From contig CAVXKJ010000001.1 of NCBI GenBank assembly GCA_963762355.1, forward strand, positions 24,860 through 88,859: DNA of 64,000 nucleotides, given 5' to 3'. Shown here in pieces: positions 27,082 through 37,793 of the stretch. The notes beneath the pieces are model-generated. The model saw only the letters and a list, made by a program, of their open reading frames with translations, was not told the origin of the DNA and did not search any database. The position numbers were made by a program, and so were the translations under genes. Origin of the DNA: an uncultured Candidatus Micrarchaeota archaeon (GTDB lineage Archaea > Micrarchaeota > Micrarchaeia > Micrarchaeales > Micrarchaeaceae). How positions within the stretch are numbered: the first letter of the stretch is position 1; each line of letters starts with the position of its first letter.

Positions 27082-27714
27082 ATGGACAAGGAGACAATTG
27101 AGAAGTTTAGTGCTTTTATCCAGGAGAACAAGGGCAAACGCAAGTTTAACCAGAGCGTTGAGATTGCTGTCAATTTCATGGGTATTGACATGTCAAAGCA
27201 GGACAACCGCCTCAACCTTGAGATAAAGATGCCAAACCCTAAGGGAAAGTCGCACAAGGTAGTTGTATTCGCAGATGATAAGACAATAGTCGCAAAGGCC
27301 CAGGAGTCTGGAGCAACAGTCATACCGGGCTCTGGCATACAGTCGATAATGAATGACAAGATAAAGATAAACGAGCTACTTCACAGCGAGCTTCTCGCAC
27401 AGCCAAGCCTTATGCCGCAGATCGCGAAGGCGCTTGGTCAGTTCCTCGGCCCCAGGAACAAGATGCCAAGGCCTCTTATGGGGCTTGATATTAAAACAGC
27501 GGTAGAGGATACCGCCAGAAGCGTATTCATACGCAGCAAGGGCAAGTACCTGCCAACCGCACACTGTATGGTTGCAACAGAGAACATGGAGATAGCTGCA
27601 ATAACCGCAAATATAGACGAAGTAGTCAATGCGATAATAAAGAGGATAGGCAAGCAGCACTTAAAATCAGTGTATGCAAAGCTCACGATGAGCAAGCCGA
27701 TAAGGATAATGTGA
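27082..27714 (+). CDS. rpl1: 50S ribosomal protein L1 (uL1)
   Basis: 210 aa with FNQSVEIAVNF and LGPRNKMP motifs. A GGAGG lies upstream. Confidence 0.95.
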   Translation: MDKETIEKFSAFIQENKGKRKFNQSVEIAVNFMGIDMSKQDNRLNLEIKMPNPKGKSHKVVVFADDKTIVAKAQESGATVIPGSGIQSIMNDKIKINELLHSELLAQPSLMPQIAKALGQFLGPRNKMPRPLMGLDIKTAVEDTARSVFIRSKGKYLPTAHCMVATENMEIAAITANIDEVVNAIIKRIGKQHLKSVYAKLTMSKPIRIM

Positions 27715-28559
27715 TACTTATGCTTACAAAGAATGATAAGATAAAATTCGTTTCTGAGCGCGCAAAGCTGCTCAAGGAATACAAGGTAATAGGCATAGTT
27801 CAGCTTAGCGGAATTCCAGACAGGCTTCTCCAATCGACAAAGAACAAGCTTAGGGCCAATACAAGATTCATAATAGGCAGGAAGCGACTTCTTGCCAAGA
27901 TACTTGAGAGCAACGAGCATGCAAAGAGGCTTGCAAAGGAGCTCACGGCAACAAGCGCAATAATACTCAGCAATGAGGATCCGTTTGAGCTTTACGCGAA
28001 GTTCAAGTCAAACAGCCTGCGCCTTGCCGCAAAGCCCGGGCAGGTCTCGCCCGAGGATGTAAGCGTAACTGCTGGCGAGACAGGCATACAGCCGGGACAG
28101 ACCGTCACAGACCTAAAAAGCGCTGGCGTTGATGTGCAGATACAGAAGGGCAAGGTGGTAATAGCAAAGGACAAGGTGCTGGTCGCCAAGGGCGAAACGG
28201 TAAGCGTTAAGATATCAAAGGCGCTGCACATACTTGACATACTGCCGTTCAAGGCAGTAATAGAGCCCTCCTTTTTGCTGAGCAATGGAATGGTATTCAG
28301 CAAGGCCGTCCTTGGAATAGATGCGGAAAGCACAACAAGGGATATAGCAATATGCTTTAGGAATGCGCTTTCACTCTCGCTTGAGGCGAATATAATAAAT
28401 GCTTACACCATAAATACATTCATAGAAAAGGCATACATGAATGCCATGCATCTTGGGATAGAGCGCAAGATACCCGATTCGGGAATAATAGACATGCTCA
28501 TTGCCGATGCTGCGATGCAGGCTGCATCGCTCAACAGCATGGCTGATAACAAGGAATGA
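27711..28559 (+). CDS. rpl10: 50S ribosomal protein L10 / P0 (uL10)
   Basis: 282 aa in the synteny L1-L10-L12. Confidence 0.9.
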   Translation: MILMLTKNDKIKFVSERAKLLKEYKVIGIVQLSGIPDRLLQSTKNKLRANTRFIIGRKRLLAKILESNEHAKRLAKELTATSAIILSNEDPFELYAKFKSNSLRLAAKPGQVSPEDVSVTAGETGIQPGQTVTDLKSAGVDVQIQKGKVVIAKDKVLVAKGETVSVKISKALHILDILPFKAVIEPSFLLSNGMVFSKAVLGIDAESTTRDIAICFRNALSLSLEANIINAYTINTFIEKAYMNAMHLGIERKIPDSGIIDMLIADAAMQAASLNSMADNKE

Positions 28560-28584
28560 TAATGCTAAAATAGACGGTGAAAAT

Positions 28585-28899
28585 ATGGAATACGTATACG
28601 CTGCGCTTCTCTTGGACGCTGCTGGAAAGGAGATAAGCGAAAAGGGCATAGAGGATGTGGTAAAGGCCGCAGGCATGACGCCTGACGAGGCACAGGCAAA
28701 GGCGATCGTCGCATCGCTAAAGGGCGTGAACATAAAGGATGTTATAAAGAACGCCCAGTCGATGCAGCATGCCGCGCCCGCAGCTGCAGCTCCACACCAT
28801 GCAGAAGGAGGAGAGAAGAAGCACAAGGAAGAGAAGAAGGAAGAGGTCAACGAAGAGGAGGCTACAGGAGGCCTTGCAAGCCTGTTCGGTGGAGCATAA
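28585..28899 (+). CDS. rpl12: 50S ribosomal protein L12 / P1
   Basis: [10 protein letters not shown] start, an acidic/Ala-rich hinge and the C-terminal [10 protein letters not shown]. Confidence 0.9.
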   Translation: MEYVYAALLLDAAGKEISEKGIEDVVKAAGMTPDEAQAKAIVASLKGVNIKDVIKNAQSMQHAAPAAAAPHHAEGGEKKHKEEKKEEVNEEEATGGLASLFGGA

Positions 28900-28972
28900 T
28901 TGCGATTCTTTTTGGTGAATGCCAAACAGAAGCAATTTATAGTTTCACAGGACATAATAGAAAAGTGACTCT

Positions 28973-29332
28973 ATGGACGTCTTCGTAAACAAGGTCAAGT
29001 GCACTGGCTGCCAGCACTGCAAGGACGTGTGCCCGGTTGCTGTATTCGAAATGGAAAGCCGGAACGACCCTGCAAAGGCGAATGCTGACACAGCACCTGA
29101 TGACATGAAGTGGAAGGGCGCAACAGACCCTGAGATCCATGCAAAGTGGGCTGAGGCGAAGGACGGGCACAAGCACTTTGCGAATGACAACGATGGCACT
29201 AGCGGAGGACTCTCTGTAGCAGTGGCAGGAAGCGCATGCATCCTGTGCCAGGCATGCCTCATAGAATGCGAAGGTGAATGCATACACATAACCGACGACG
29301 CAGGAGTAAGATATGATTCCATATATAAGTGA
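28973..29332 (+). CDS. 2x[4Fe-4S] ferredoxin-like protein with a long insert between the cluster motifs
   Basis: CTGCQHCKDVCP and CILCQACLIECEGEC are separated by about 60 charged residues. Confidence 0.72.
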   Translation: MDVFVNKVKCTGCQHCKDVCPVAVFEMESRNDPAKANADTAPDDMKWKGATDPEIHAKWAEAKDGHKHFANDNDGTSGGLSVAVAGSACILCQACLIECEGECIHITDDAGVRYDSIYK

Positions 29333-29377
29333 CACAGCCATATCAAATAATTATTTTGCTCGTAACATGCTGATAAA

Positions 29378-29845
29378 ATGATAACTGCAAAAGATCTGCA
29401 ACCGGTCCGAACGATTTTCAAGGGCAGTAGAACAAGCCTTATGTGTGAAAGAGGCGGAGATGACACTCTAAGGTACAATCACACAGTCTTTAGGACAATC
29501 ACTGGAAGTATAGAGCAAACAATAAATTTATACTTCGAACCGAATCAGGCTTTTATAACTCTAGATACTAGTCAAAACGATCGCAACACGAAAAATGGAT
29601 TTGTAATAACAGGCAACGATTATGAAACATTGGTGGCCCATAATATTGGGTCTGATAGTAACTCAATTAGGTCCTTGTATGGAAAGACCGTTGATATTTT
29701 AGCATTTAACCTTGGCAAATACATAATTGAGAATACAAGCTTTACAATTGGAGAATCAATAATGCTTGCTGATCGCCTTTCTGAGTTGATTGTACTCAGA
29801 AAACTTGTAGAAGTAGATGCTGCTGTTATGGAGTTACTTAGATAG
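29378..29845 (+). CDS. orphan hypothetical protein
   Basis: 155 aa with A/T-rich codon usage and no motif. Confidence 0.45.
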   Translation: MITAKDLQPVRTIFKGSRTSLMCERGGDDTLRYNHTVFRTITGSIEQTINLYFEPNQAFITLDTSQNDRNTKNGFVITGNDYETLVAHNIGSDSNSIRSLYGKTVDILAFNLGKYIIENTSFTIGESIMLADRLSELIVLRKLVEVDAAVMELLR

Positions 29846-29919
29846 TGTTCTTAAATCTTAGAATTCTGGGAGATGAGTATCTTTTTATGCTTTTTTAGAC
29901 ATAGTATAGCGGTAAATAG

Positions 29920-31071
29920 ATGGCAGTCAAAAAAAAGGCAAAGGCCAAAGCGAAGACAAAATCCACCGCAAGGGCTAAGGCAACTAAAGCTCCTCAGGAG
30001 GAGGAGCAGTTTATCCGGTCCCCTGACGACCAGGAGATCCAAAAATTTGTTGACGCAACAAAGGGAAAGGTTTATGTTATAGGAATTGGCGGAAGCGGGT
30101 CAAACACCATGACAAGGATGACTGAATTGCGCATAGAGGGCGCCAACCTTATTGCTGCAAATACAGATGCGCCGCATCTTGAGGCAACAAAGGCGCATAG
30201 GAAGATACTGCTTGGCCGGACTGTGACAAAGGGGCTTGGCGCAGGCAGCGACCCTGTTCTTGGAGAGGAGGCGGCAGCTGAGAATATGGATGAGATAAAG
30301 CACACTATAGAGGGAGCGCAGCTTGTGCTCGTAAATACAGGATTAGGTGGAGGCACAGGGACTGGTGCAACGCCGGTAATTGCAGGCGAGGCAAAGGAAT
30401 CCGGTGCGCTTACTATAGCGCTTGTAACGCTACCATTCACAAGCGAGGGCAAGGCGCGCATGAAGAATGCGCTCGTTGGGCTTGCAAGGCTTAAGAAGAA
30501 TACAGACACAACGATAGTGATACCTAACGACAAGCTGCTCACGCTTGCACCAGAGATCTCGCTTGAAAAGGCATTCAAGAGGATAGACGACCTGCTTGCA
30601 AATGCGACAAAGGGCATAATAGAGATGATAACAAAGCCTGGCATGGTTAATATCGACTTTGCAGACCTGAAGGGAGTGCTCAAGGATTCCGGTTATGCAT
30701 TGATAGGCGTGGGCGAATCGCATGCGGTCAAGGAGGAAAAGCGCATAGATAATGCGATAAGCGAAACGCTCAACAGCTCCTTCCTTGACATAGACATATC
30801 AAAGGCAAAGAAGGCGCTTGTCAGCATAGTAGGCGGAAGCGACCTTACCCTAAAGGAGGCCGAGAACGTCTTCCATGCGGTATCAAGCAGGATAAACGAG
30901 GATGCGATGCTTAAATGGGGCGCAAGGGTCGATCCAGCAATGCACAAGAAGACATTGAGGGTGATGGTAGTGATGAGCGGATTGGAGCTTGCGAAATATG
31001 TCGAGGAAAGCATACAGCAAAGCGACATAAAGATAGACATAGACGATCTTGGCATAGAGGACATAGACTGA
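29920..31071 (+). CDS. ftsZ: cell division protein FtsZ
   Basis: GIGGSGSN and NTGLGGGTGTGATPVIA tubulin signature. It has a basic N-terminal extension. Confidence 0.95.
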   Translation: MAVKKKAKAKAKTKSTARAKATKAPQEEEQFIRSPDDQEIQKFVDATKGKVYVIGIGGSGSNTMTRMTELRIEGANLIAANTDAPHLEATKAHRKILLGRTVTKGLGAGSDPVLGEEAAAENMDEIKHTIEGAQLVLVNTGLGGGTGTGATPVIAGEAKESGALTIALVTLPFTSEGKARMKNALVGLARLKKNTDTTIVIPNDKLLTLAPEISLEKAFKRIDDLLANATKGIIEMITKPGMVNIDFADLKGVLKDSGYALIGVGESHAVKEEKRIDNAISETLNSSFLDIDISKAKKALVSIVGGSDLTLKEAENVFHAVSSRINEDAMLKWGARVDPAMHKKTLRVMVVMSGLELAKYVEESIQQSDIKIDIDDLGIEDID

Positions 31072-31142
31072 CTTAATAGCGCAAATTTTTTTTAATCAGG
31101 CAGTTATATATATTTGAAAATTCATAAATAATAGGTGATATA

Positions 31143-31502
31143 ATGAGCTTTAGAAATATGATGGATAAAAAATCTCAAAAAGCAGCTGCGCTTTGTGATG
31201 ATATCGTAAGAAACGGTGATGTAGCTGAAAGGGCCATAATTGCAGGCGGCCCATTTGCCGCAAGAGTTATGGATATGGGAACATTAAGGGCTTTAGAAAG
31301 GGATACTGCGCCTCTTGTTCAATTTTACTTTAGACGTAATAGAATTGCACAACATAGAATTGCAAGTCCAAAACAGCAGGTATTTCACCTAGCGCCTGGT
31401 GCCTTTATTAGTAGCATGTGTAGAGATGATGAGAAAAGGCCTGAAGTAGACATTGGCAATGTCATTTGGGATTCTCCTCTTCCTGTTATTCGCAAAGAAT
31501 AG
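31143..31502 (+). CDS. orphan hypothetical protein
   Basis: 119 aa with no motif. Confidence 0.4.
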   Translation: MSFRNMMDKKSQKAAALCDDIVRNGDVAERAIIAGGPFAARVMDMGTLRALERDTAPLVQFYFRRNRIAQHRIASPKQQVFHLAPGAFISSMCRDDEKRPEVDIGNVIWDSPLPVIRKE

Positions 31503-31586
31503 ACCATTTAATACCCTAATAGGATGCCATTTTTAGGCAATCCTTTTAGCTTTTTATGAGAGATATAAACTACACGACCAGTTAGC

Positions 31587-34286
31587 GTGTATAATCCTAT
31601 TTTGATTTTTATGATAACACATGCGGAGAGGGCGTTTGATGATAAGGAGAGCCTTGCAGTGCTTAACAAGTATGTAAGGGAGTGGTTTACCGGTAGGTTT
31701 GATGAGCTCACTCCGCCCCAAAAGTATGCGTTCAGACTCATAAGCGAAAAGAAGAACATACTGATTGCTGCCCCGACAGGGAGCGGGAAGACAATGTCAG
31801 GATTCCTTACGATAATAAGCAAACTATTTGACTATTCGCTGGAAGGAAAGCTTGAGGATAAGGTATACTGCCTGTATGTCTCGCCGCTTAGGGCACTGAA
31901 CAATGATGTATATAATAATCTATCAAAGCCGCTTGAGGAAATCTACGAATTGATAAAGAAGGAAAAGGGTGTTGATCTGCTAAAGGAGAACATACAGCAG
32001 GTGAGGATAGGCGTACGGACAGGTGACACGACACAGAATGAGCGGCGCAAGATGCTTATCAAGCCACCCAACATACTTGTAACAACCCCTGAGAGCCTTG
32101 CCATCCTCATCAATTCGGAGAAGTTCGTGGAGCACCTGAAAAGCGTAGAATACATAATAATAGACGAGATACATGAGCTGGCGAACAACAAGAGGGGAGT
32201 GCACCTATCACTCTCGGTAGCAAGGCTTGAGAACATAATAGGGCATGATGTTGCAAAGGTCGGGCTTGGTGCAACGCTTCATCCGCTTGAGGAGGCTGCA
32301 AAGTACCTTGTTGGATGGAACGTCAATGAAGCAAAAGATTGCATAATAGTGGATGCCTCATGGAGCAAGAAGCTTGATGTAAAGGCCTTAAGCCCTGTAA
32401 AGGACATGATACATGCAAAGGAGGGAGAGATAGACGACAATATGTACAAGGAGCTCAATGCGATAATAAAAAAGAGCAAATCAACCCTTATATTCACCAA
32501 TACAAGGAGCGGAACCGAACGTGTTGTATTCAACCTAAAGAAAAGATTCAAGTATGGAGAGGACATAGCAGCACACCACAGCTCGCTATCAAGGGAGTCA
32601 AGGCTTGAGGTTGAGGATATGCTGAAGAAGGGCTCGCTGAGGTGCGTAGTCTCATCAACAAGCCTTGAGCTTGGGGTAGATGTCGGCACCATAGAGAATG
32701 TTGTGCAGCTTGGCTCACCGAAAAGCGTAACAAGGGCTGTCCAGAGGATAGGAAGGGCAGGCCACTCTTACAAGGCAACTGCAAAGGGCGAAATCATAGT
32801 CCTTAACAGGGATGACCTTATAGAATGTTCGGTGCTGTTGGATGCTGCGCTGAAGAAGCACCTTGATGCATTTGTTGTTCCCCAGAACGCGCTTGATGTT
32901 CTTGCACAGCACATAATCGGAATGTCATTAACAAAGAAATGGGATATTGATGAGGCGTACAATGTGATAAAAGGCGTTTATGCCTACCATAACCTTCCGA
33001 AGGATGACTACATGTCGCTGATAAATTACCTTGCTGGTAATTATGTGGGCCTGGAAAGCAGAAGGGTGTATGGAAAGATATGGTATGATGAAAAGGAGCA
33101 GATGTTCGGGAAGAGGGGAAAGCTTGCGAAGGTAATATACATGCTAAACCTGGGAACAATTCCAGACGAGGTGGCTGTAGGGGTATTCAACACCACCAGC
33201 AAGAAATGGATAGGGAACATAGAGGAGGAATTCCTGACCAAGCTTAAGGAAGGCGATATCTTCACATTGGGAGGAAGACTATACAAGTTTGAATATGCAA
33301 AAGGGATGAAGGCGTATGTGAGCGATGCCCATGCGACAGCGCCAACAATTCCTCCATGGTTCTCCGAGCAACTGCCGCTTAGCTATGAGCTTGCAAACGA
33401 GATAGGAGAATTCAGGGAAAAGCTGTCTGCGATGATGCGCAAGCATATGGCTGCAAAGGATATAACCAAATTCAGGAAGGGAATGAAAATACCCGAAGAG
33501 ATAAACAAATACTTATCAACGCTACCGATTGATGAGAATTCAAAGAAGGCAATATTCGGCTACTTCCTTGAGCAAATGCTCTTTGCCGATGAGGTTCCGA
33601 CAAACAGGCTGCTACTCATAGAGCTTACAAAGGACATATCGGAAAAGGATGCGAATTACATAATATTTCATTCGCTTTTCGGTAGAAGGGTGAATGATGC
33701 GCTATCAAGGGCATTTGCATTGCAGATGGGTGAGATGTTTGACACTGATGTTGACATAATGGTAAATGACAACGGATTCGTTTTCAGAACAGAGGAGCAG
33801 ATAAAGCTTACTCAGAAGGACATGAAGAATTTGGTTGATGACATTTACACTACAAAAATATCGGTATTGCTAAAGAAGAATATAAGGAAAACAGAGCTAA
33901 TGAGAAGGAAGTTCAGGCATGTCGCCGCAAGAAGCTTCATGATTCTGCGAAATTACAAGGGCTATAAAATACCGGTCGGAAAGCAGCAGATAAATTCGCA
34001 GCTGATATTCAAGGCCGCAGAGGAGATAGACCCGAACTTTCCGGTAATAAAAGAAACATACAGGGAAATAATGAATGAGACTATGGACATACAGAGGACA
34101 AGCGAGCTGATATCAGGATTAAGGGATGGAAAGGTATCATTCAAGATAATAAAAACCCCACTCCCATCGCCGTTTTCACATTCGATGCTGACATTCGGGC
34201 ATGCTGATGCAATCATGATGAAGGAGCGCCATAAATACCTCCAAAAGCTCCACAAGAGCGTAATGAAAAGGATAGGAAGTAAGTAA
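31587..34286 (+). CDS. Lhr-type large DEAD/DEAH-box helicase
   Basis: Motif I AAPTGSGKT, motif II DEIHEL, a helicase C domain and a long Lhr-type C-terminal domain. 899 aa. The start is uncertain (31587 or the ATG at 31611). Confidence 0.85.
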   Translation: MYNPILIFMITHAERAFDDKESLAVLNKYVREWFTGRFDELTPPQKYAFRLISEKKNILIAAPTGSGKTMSGFLTIISKLFDYSLEGKLEDKVYCLYVSPLRALNNDVYNNLSKPLEEIYELIKKEKGVDLLKENIQQVRIGVRTGDTTQNERRKMLIKPPNILVTTPESLAILINSEKFVEHLKSVEYIIIDEIHELANNKRGVHLSLSVARLENIIGHDVAKVGLGATLHPLEEAAKYLVGWNVNEAKDCIIVDASWSKKLDVKALSPVKDMIHAKEGEIDDNMYKELNAIIKKSKSTLIFTNTRSGTERVVFNLKKRFKYGEDIAAHHSSLSRESRLEVEDMLKKGSLRCVVSSTSLELGVDVGTIENVVQLGSPKSVTRAVQRIGRAGHSYKATAKGEIIVLNRDDLIECSVLLDAALKKHLDAFVVPQNALDVLAQHIIGMSLTKKWDIDEAYNVIKGVYAYHNLPKDDYMSLINYLAGNYVGLESRRVYGKIWYDEKEQMFGKRGKLAKVIYMLNLGTIPDEVAVGVFNTTSKKWIGNIEEEFLTKLKEGDIFTLGGRLYKFEYAKGMKAYVSDAHATAPTIPPWFSEQLPLSYELANEIGEFREKLSAMMRKHMAAKDITKFRKGMKIPEEINKYLSTLPIDENSKKAIFGYFLEQMLFADEVPTNRLLLIELTKDISEKDANYIIFHSLFGRRVNDALSRAFALQMGEMFDTDVDIMVNDNGFVFRTEEQIKLTQKDMKNLVDDIYTTKISVLLKKNIRKTELMRRKFRHVAARSFMILRNYKGYKIPVGKQQINSQLIFKAAEEIDPNFPVIKETYREIMNETMDIQRTSELISGLRDGKVSFKIIKTPLPSPFSHSMLTFGHADAIMMKERHKYLQKLHKSVMKRIGSK

Positions 34287-34490
34287 TTGAGCAATAAAAA
34301 AGGCTAAGTTCCCAAATCCACCTCCAATAACAAGAGCGGCAGTTGGACTGACTTCAGTAGGTGTGATATTCCCTTTTCTTATTCAACCCTTGTATTGCGA
34401 TCTTAAGGGCATAAATCTTCTATGATGGTTATTTATATTTGGTAAATCAACAAATTAATCTAGTTAGAAATATTTTATAAAGATGGAATA

Positions 34491-35294
34491 ATGGCTCCAA
34501 GTGCAAATTCTACCAAAAATGCGGATACGCAAACTAATATTAGGTCTATTCTAAGACATGCAAGGAGCGCGGTGGCACCAGTTGCAATGGTACTTCTTTT
34601 TACAAATGCTGCAATATACACTGAACGTGTCCCGGTTTGCCAACCGATTATTGTACCAAAAGCATCAGAAATCAGCATACTTATGTCAATACAGGATGTA
34701 ATAGACTCAAGGGTAAAAAGTGCATATAAGAAAGACGGCAAAATTGATATAAACGAATTAAAAAGTGCGCAGGATGACTTCTTTAATTTTCTAAAGGATC
34801 ATGCAGAACAGTCAGAGGTAAACGGCATTTCTGATCTGGTTATAAGACTAATTCCTACTATTTTAAAAGTTTCTGAAGTAGAGAAGATCGATCCGTATCT
34901 GATTGCTGCAGTGGTACAATCTGAGTCTTATGGTTATGAATATTCAGTAGGAGATAATGGTAGATCTCTAGGGCTAACACAGATAAATGTATATGCACGC
35001 AGGGACAAAATAAGAACATTAGAGTATAAAGATATCATTAAGCCTGAGAATAACATAAGATTGGCTTCAAGAGCATTGAAATATTATATTAACGAGTTCA
35101 ATGGGAATTTAATGCTTGGATTAGAAGCATACAATGCAGGTCCAGGGAAGTTGTTAAGTAATCATACTCCAAGAAGTTCAAAAGAATATGCAGAACATGT
35201 ATTGGAACTTAAGGATAGAATAAGAGAATATGTAGAAAACAATAAAAATGCAAATAGTGATATCAAGGTAAACACACCGGAAAATCCTAATTAG
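34491..35294 (+). CDS. lytic transglycosylase (SLT domain) with N-terminal membrane anchor
   Basis: Family-1 LT motifs VVQSES (catalytic Glu-Ser), GLTQIN and LEAYNAGPG. An N-terminal hydrophobic segment is present. Confidence 0.8.
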   Translation: MAPSANSTKNADTQTNIRSILRHARSAVAPVAMVLLFTNAAIYTERVPVCQPIIVPKASEISILMSIQDVIDSRVKSAYKKDGKIDINELKSAQDDFFNFLKDHAEQSEVNGISDLVIRLIPTILKVSEVEKIDPYLIAAVVQSESYGYEYSVGDNGRSLGLTQINVYARRDKIRTLEYKDIIKPENNIRLASRALKYYINEFNGNLMLGLEAYNAGPGKLLSNHTPRSSKEYAEHVLELKDRIREYVENNKNANSDIKVNTPENPN

Positions 35295-35477
35295 CCATCT
35301 CTGTATACTGATCTGCGCTTTACTTCATCCAGAATAAGAGTTTTATAATAATGAAATAAAGTACCTGTTTCCATCAAATACCACTATCGCCAAACTACCT
35401 TGCCACTGCCAAGATCTGAATTATCTTATATTTAAGCAAAGGAATAAAATTTACATACTGCTTATACTTTTGATAAT

Positions 35478-36233
35478 ATGATTCTCAACAAGGACGTGGA
35501 GCTGCTTGAGGGACTTCCAATAGCATACATAAGGAGCCTGAATGCTCTTGTTATTTCCGATCTTCACCTGGGCTATGAGAGCCATATGGCAAGGAAGGGA
35601 GTATTCATACCCAAAGTCAACTTGAAGAAGATACTTGACGAATTGGACACAGGGCTAAGGCTAAGAAAGGCAAAAAGGATAATAGTTGTTGGCGATATAA
35701 AAAACGATTTCTCAACTGTCGGTGAAGATGAATTCAACGAGCTTTACGAATTCATAAAGCTGTGCAAAGACAAAAAGATTGAGCCTATACTCATAAAGGG
35801 CAACCATGACAACTTCGTTGACAGATACAAAGAGCCGTTTAAGCTCACTGTTTATAATGATGAGGCACGGATAGGCGATTACCTATTCTTCCATGGTGAC
35901 AGGCTACCTAAACTATCGGAGGTTAAGAATAAGCCAAAAATGCTTATTTCAGGGCATGAACACCCTTCAATAGGCATTGCAAATTCCGTTGGGAGGACAG
36001 AGCGGCTACGCTGTTTCCTTTCAGGAGAGTACAAGCGCATAGATTTGCTAGTATTGCCTGCGATAAGCTATTTTGCGGCCGGCTCGGACATAAACTTCCA
36101 GAGCAAAAAGAATCTTCTTTCCCCTGTTCTAAGAAGCATTGACATAGACAAGATGCATGCGATAGCATTGGGATACGGCTCCACCATTGACTTCGGAAGC
36201 ATAGGAAACCTGAGGAAGCTTAATCAGAGATAG
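35478..36233 (+). CDS. calcineurin-like metallophosphoesterase
   Basis: Motifs ISDLHLG, VVGDIKND, GNHDN and GHEHP. Confidence 0.8.
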   Translation: MILNKDVELLEGLPIAYIRSLNALVISDLHLGYESHMARKGVFIPKVNLKKILDELDTGLRLRKAKRIIVVGDIKNDFSTVGEDEFNELYEFIKLCKDKKIEPILIKGNHDNFVDRYKEPFKLTVYNDEARIGDYLFFHGDRLPKLSEVKNKPKMLISGHEHPSIGIANSVGRTERLRCFLSGEYKRIDLLVLPAISYFAAGSDINFQSKKNLLSPVLRSIDIDKMHAIALGYGSTIDFGSIGNLRKLNQR

Positions 36234-37714
36234 AAGAACCATGGAAGTATGTTTATTACTATGAGTATTATTATCAACGCGCCCACGAAGTTTATGAACT
36301 TCTTGTTCTTTATGTTTGCATAGTATATTCTCCATCCATCGAATCCTGGTATTGGCGCAAAGTTCAGTATTCCTACAAAGAAATTGAGCAGCATTGACAG
36401 CGCAAACACGGTAAATATGAAATATACAGCACTTGCATAAGTGCCATTTATTGCGGGAGCATATTGCTCAGCCAACGAGACTCCTATTACGCCCCTTGAG
36501 CTGTTTGATGGGCTTGGAACCGCCTTTATGCTGTATGCACCCATATTTGTGATTACCGATATGTTTTTGTTGGGCCTTTCTGAGGAGCTTGCTGAGATAA
36601 GCGCTGCTGATGTTGCATTTAGTGTTGTAAGATTAGCCATCGATACATTGTTCCATCTCAATATCTGCATTCCGCTTCTAAGGATATTGTTTGCAGGATA
36701 GTTTGGCTCTATCCCGGCTATTACGACCTTGTACTGGTATGTTATATGGACTATTGGAAAAATGTATATCATAGTTGCGAACATCAGTATAAACAGTATA
36801 ATTGTTGCTATGAAGTTAGCTGCTACCCCAGCAGAAAATATCTTTGTTTGTTTTATATTGTCAAGCTTTTCTACCATCTTTTCATCCGGTTCAACATATC
36901 CGCCTATAGGTATGAAGCCGAATACCAGAAGGCCTATCTCCTTTAGCTTGACCTTGGCCCTCCTTGCAAGTATGCCATGTGAAAACTCATGGATTATGAG
37001 AAGAGTAGCTATTGCTATTATACCGGCGAATAGCGGTATGTCTATCCCCGGTATTATTGGTGCAACACCCGCCTGGTTTGCAACTGCGCCTGCTGCTGCG
37101 CCGGATGGGCTTGCCGCGAATTGTATTATGCCCCATAATATTGATTCAGCGCCGACAAAGAGTGATGAGAGAAGGAATCCTGAAAATCCGGCAAATATTG
37201 TAATCGCGATTATGGCATAGTATATTGTGGTGAAGTTGAATGATAGTCCTGATTGGCCTGAGCTTGCAACTGCTGCAGCCTGCACCTGTGGCAGGTTTAT
37301 GAATTGCAGTGATGTTCCTATATGGGGAAATATGAATACCATAATGAGAAATAGGGTTATCAATCCCGAGGCGTATACCCTCTTATCTATTTTGCCCTTA
37401 AGGAGCGGATATGTAAGTATGCCAAAGCCCAATGTAAGCCCCCATAATGACATCACGTCCCAGAAGCTTCCGTAATTTTTCGATATCCTGTCTATTGTTG
37501 ATAGGCCGCCCTTGCTTCCCAGCATATAGAACCCGTAGCCTCCCTTGAAGCCGAGAAGCCTCTGGATTGTCCATCCAACACCAATAAGTATAGCTATAGC
37601 AAGAACCGCGCGTATTATTACGCTTACCACACTTGCCGTGTAAAGTAAGTAGATAAGCATTATTGATATTATTATTAGCGCAAGGCTTGCAATCCTTGCT
37701 GTTGAGCCCTTCAT
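36224..37714 (-). CDS. site-2 protease family (M50) membrane metalloprotease
   Basis: HEFSHGILAR (HExxH) in a polytopic 496-aa protein with an internal soluble (PDZ-like) segment. Confidence 0.85.
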   Translation of the reverse strand: MKGSTARIASLALIIISIMLIYLLYTASVVSVIIRAVLAIAILIGVGWTIQRLLGFKGGYGFYMLGSKGGLSTIDRISKNYGSFWDVMSLWGLTLGFGILTYPLLKGKIDKRVYASGLITLFLIMVFIFPHIGTSLQFINLPQVQAAAVASSGQSGLSFNFTTIYYAIIAITIFAGFSGFLLSSLFVGAESILWGIIQFAASPSGAAAGAVANQAGVAPIIPGIDIPLFAGIIAIATLLIIHEFSHGILARRAKVKLKEIGLLVFGFIPIGGYVEPDEKMVEKLDNIKQTKIFSAGVAANFIATIILFILMFATMIYIFPIVHITYQYKVVIAGIEPNYPANNILRSGMQILRWNNVSMANLTTLNATSAALISASSSERPNKNISVITNMGAYSIKAVPSPSNSSRGVIGVSLAEQYAPAINGTYASAVYFIFTVFALSMLLNFFVGILNFAPIPGFDGWRIYYANIKNKKFINFVGALIIILIVINILPWFFYL

Positions 37715-37793
37715 CTAACCAGTCCGTTATTGATGGGATTATATGGCAGCAAATTAATATTAATAGCATGCACTAAATCTTATTGGTGGTCTG

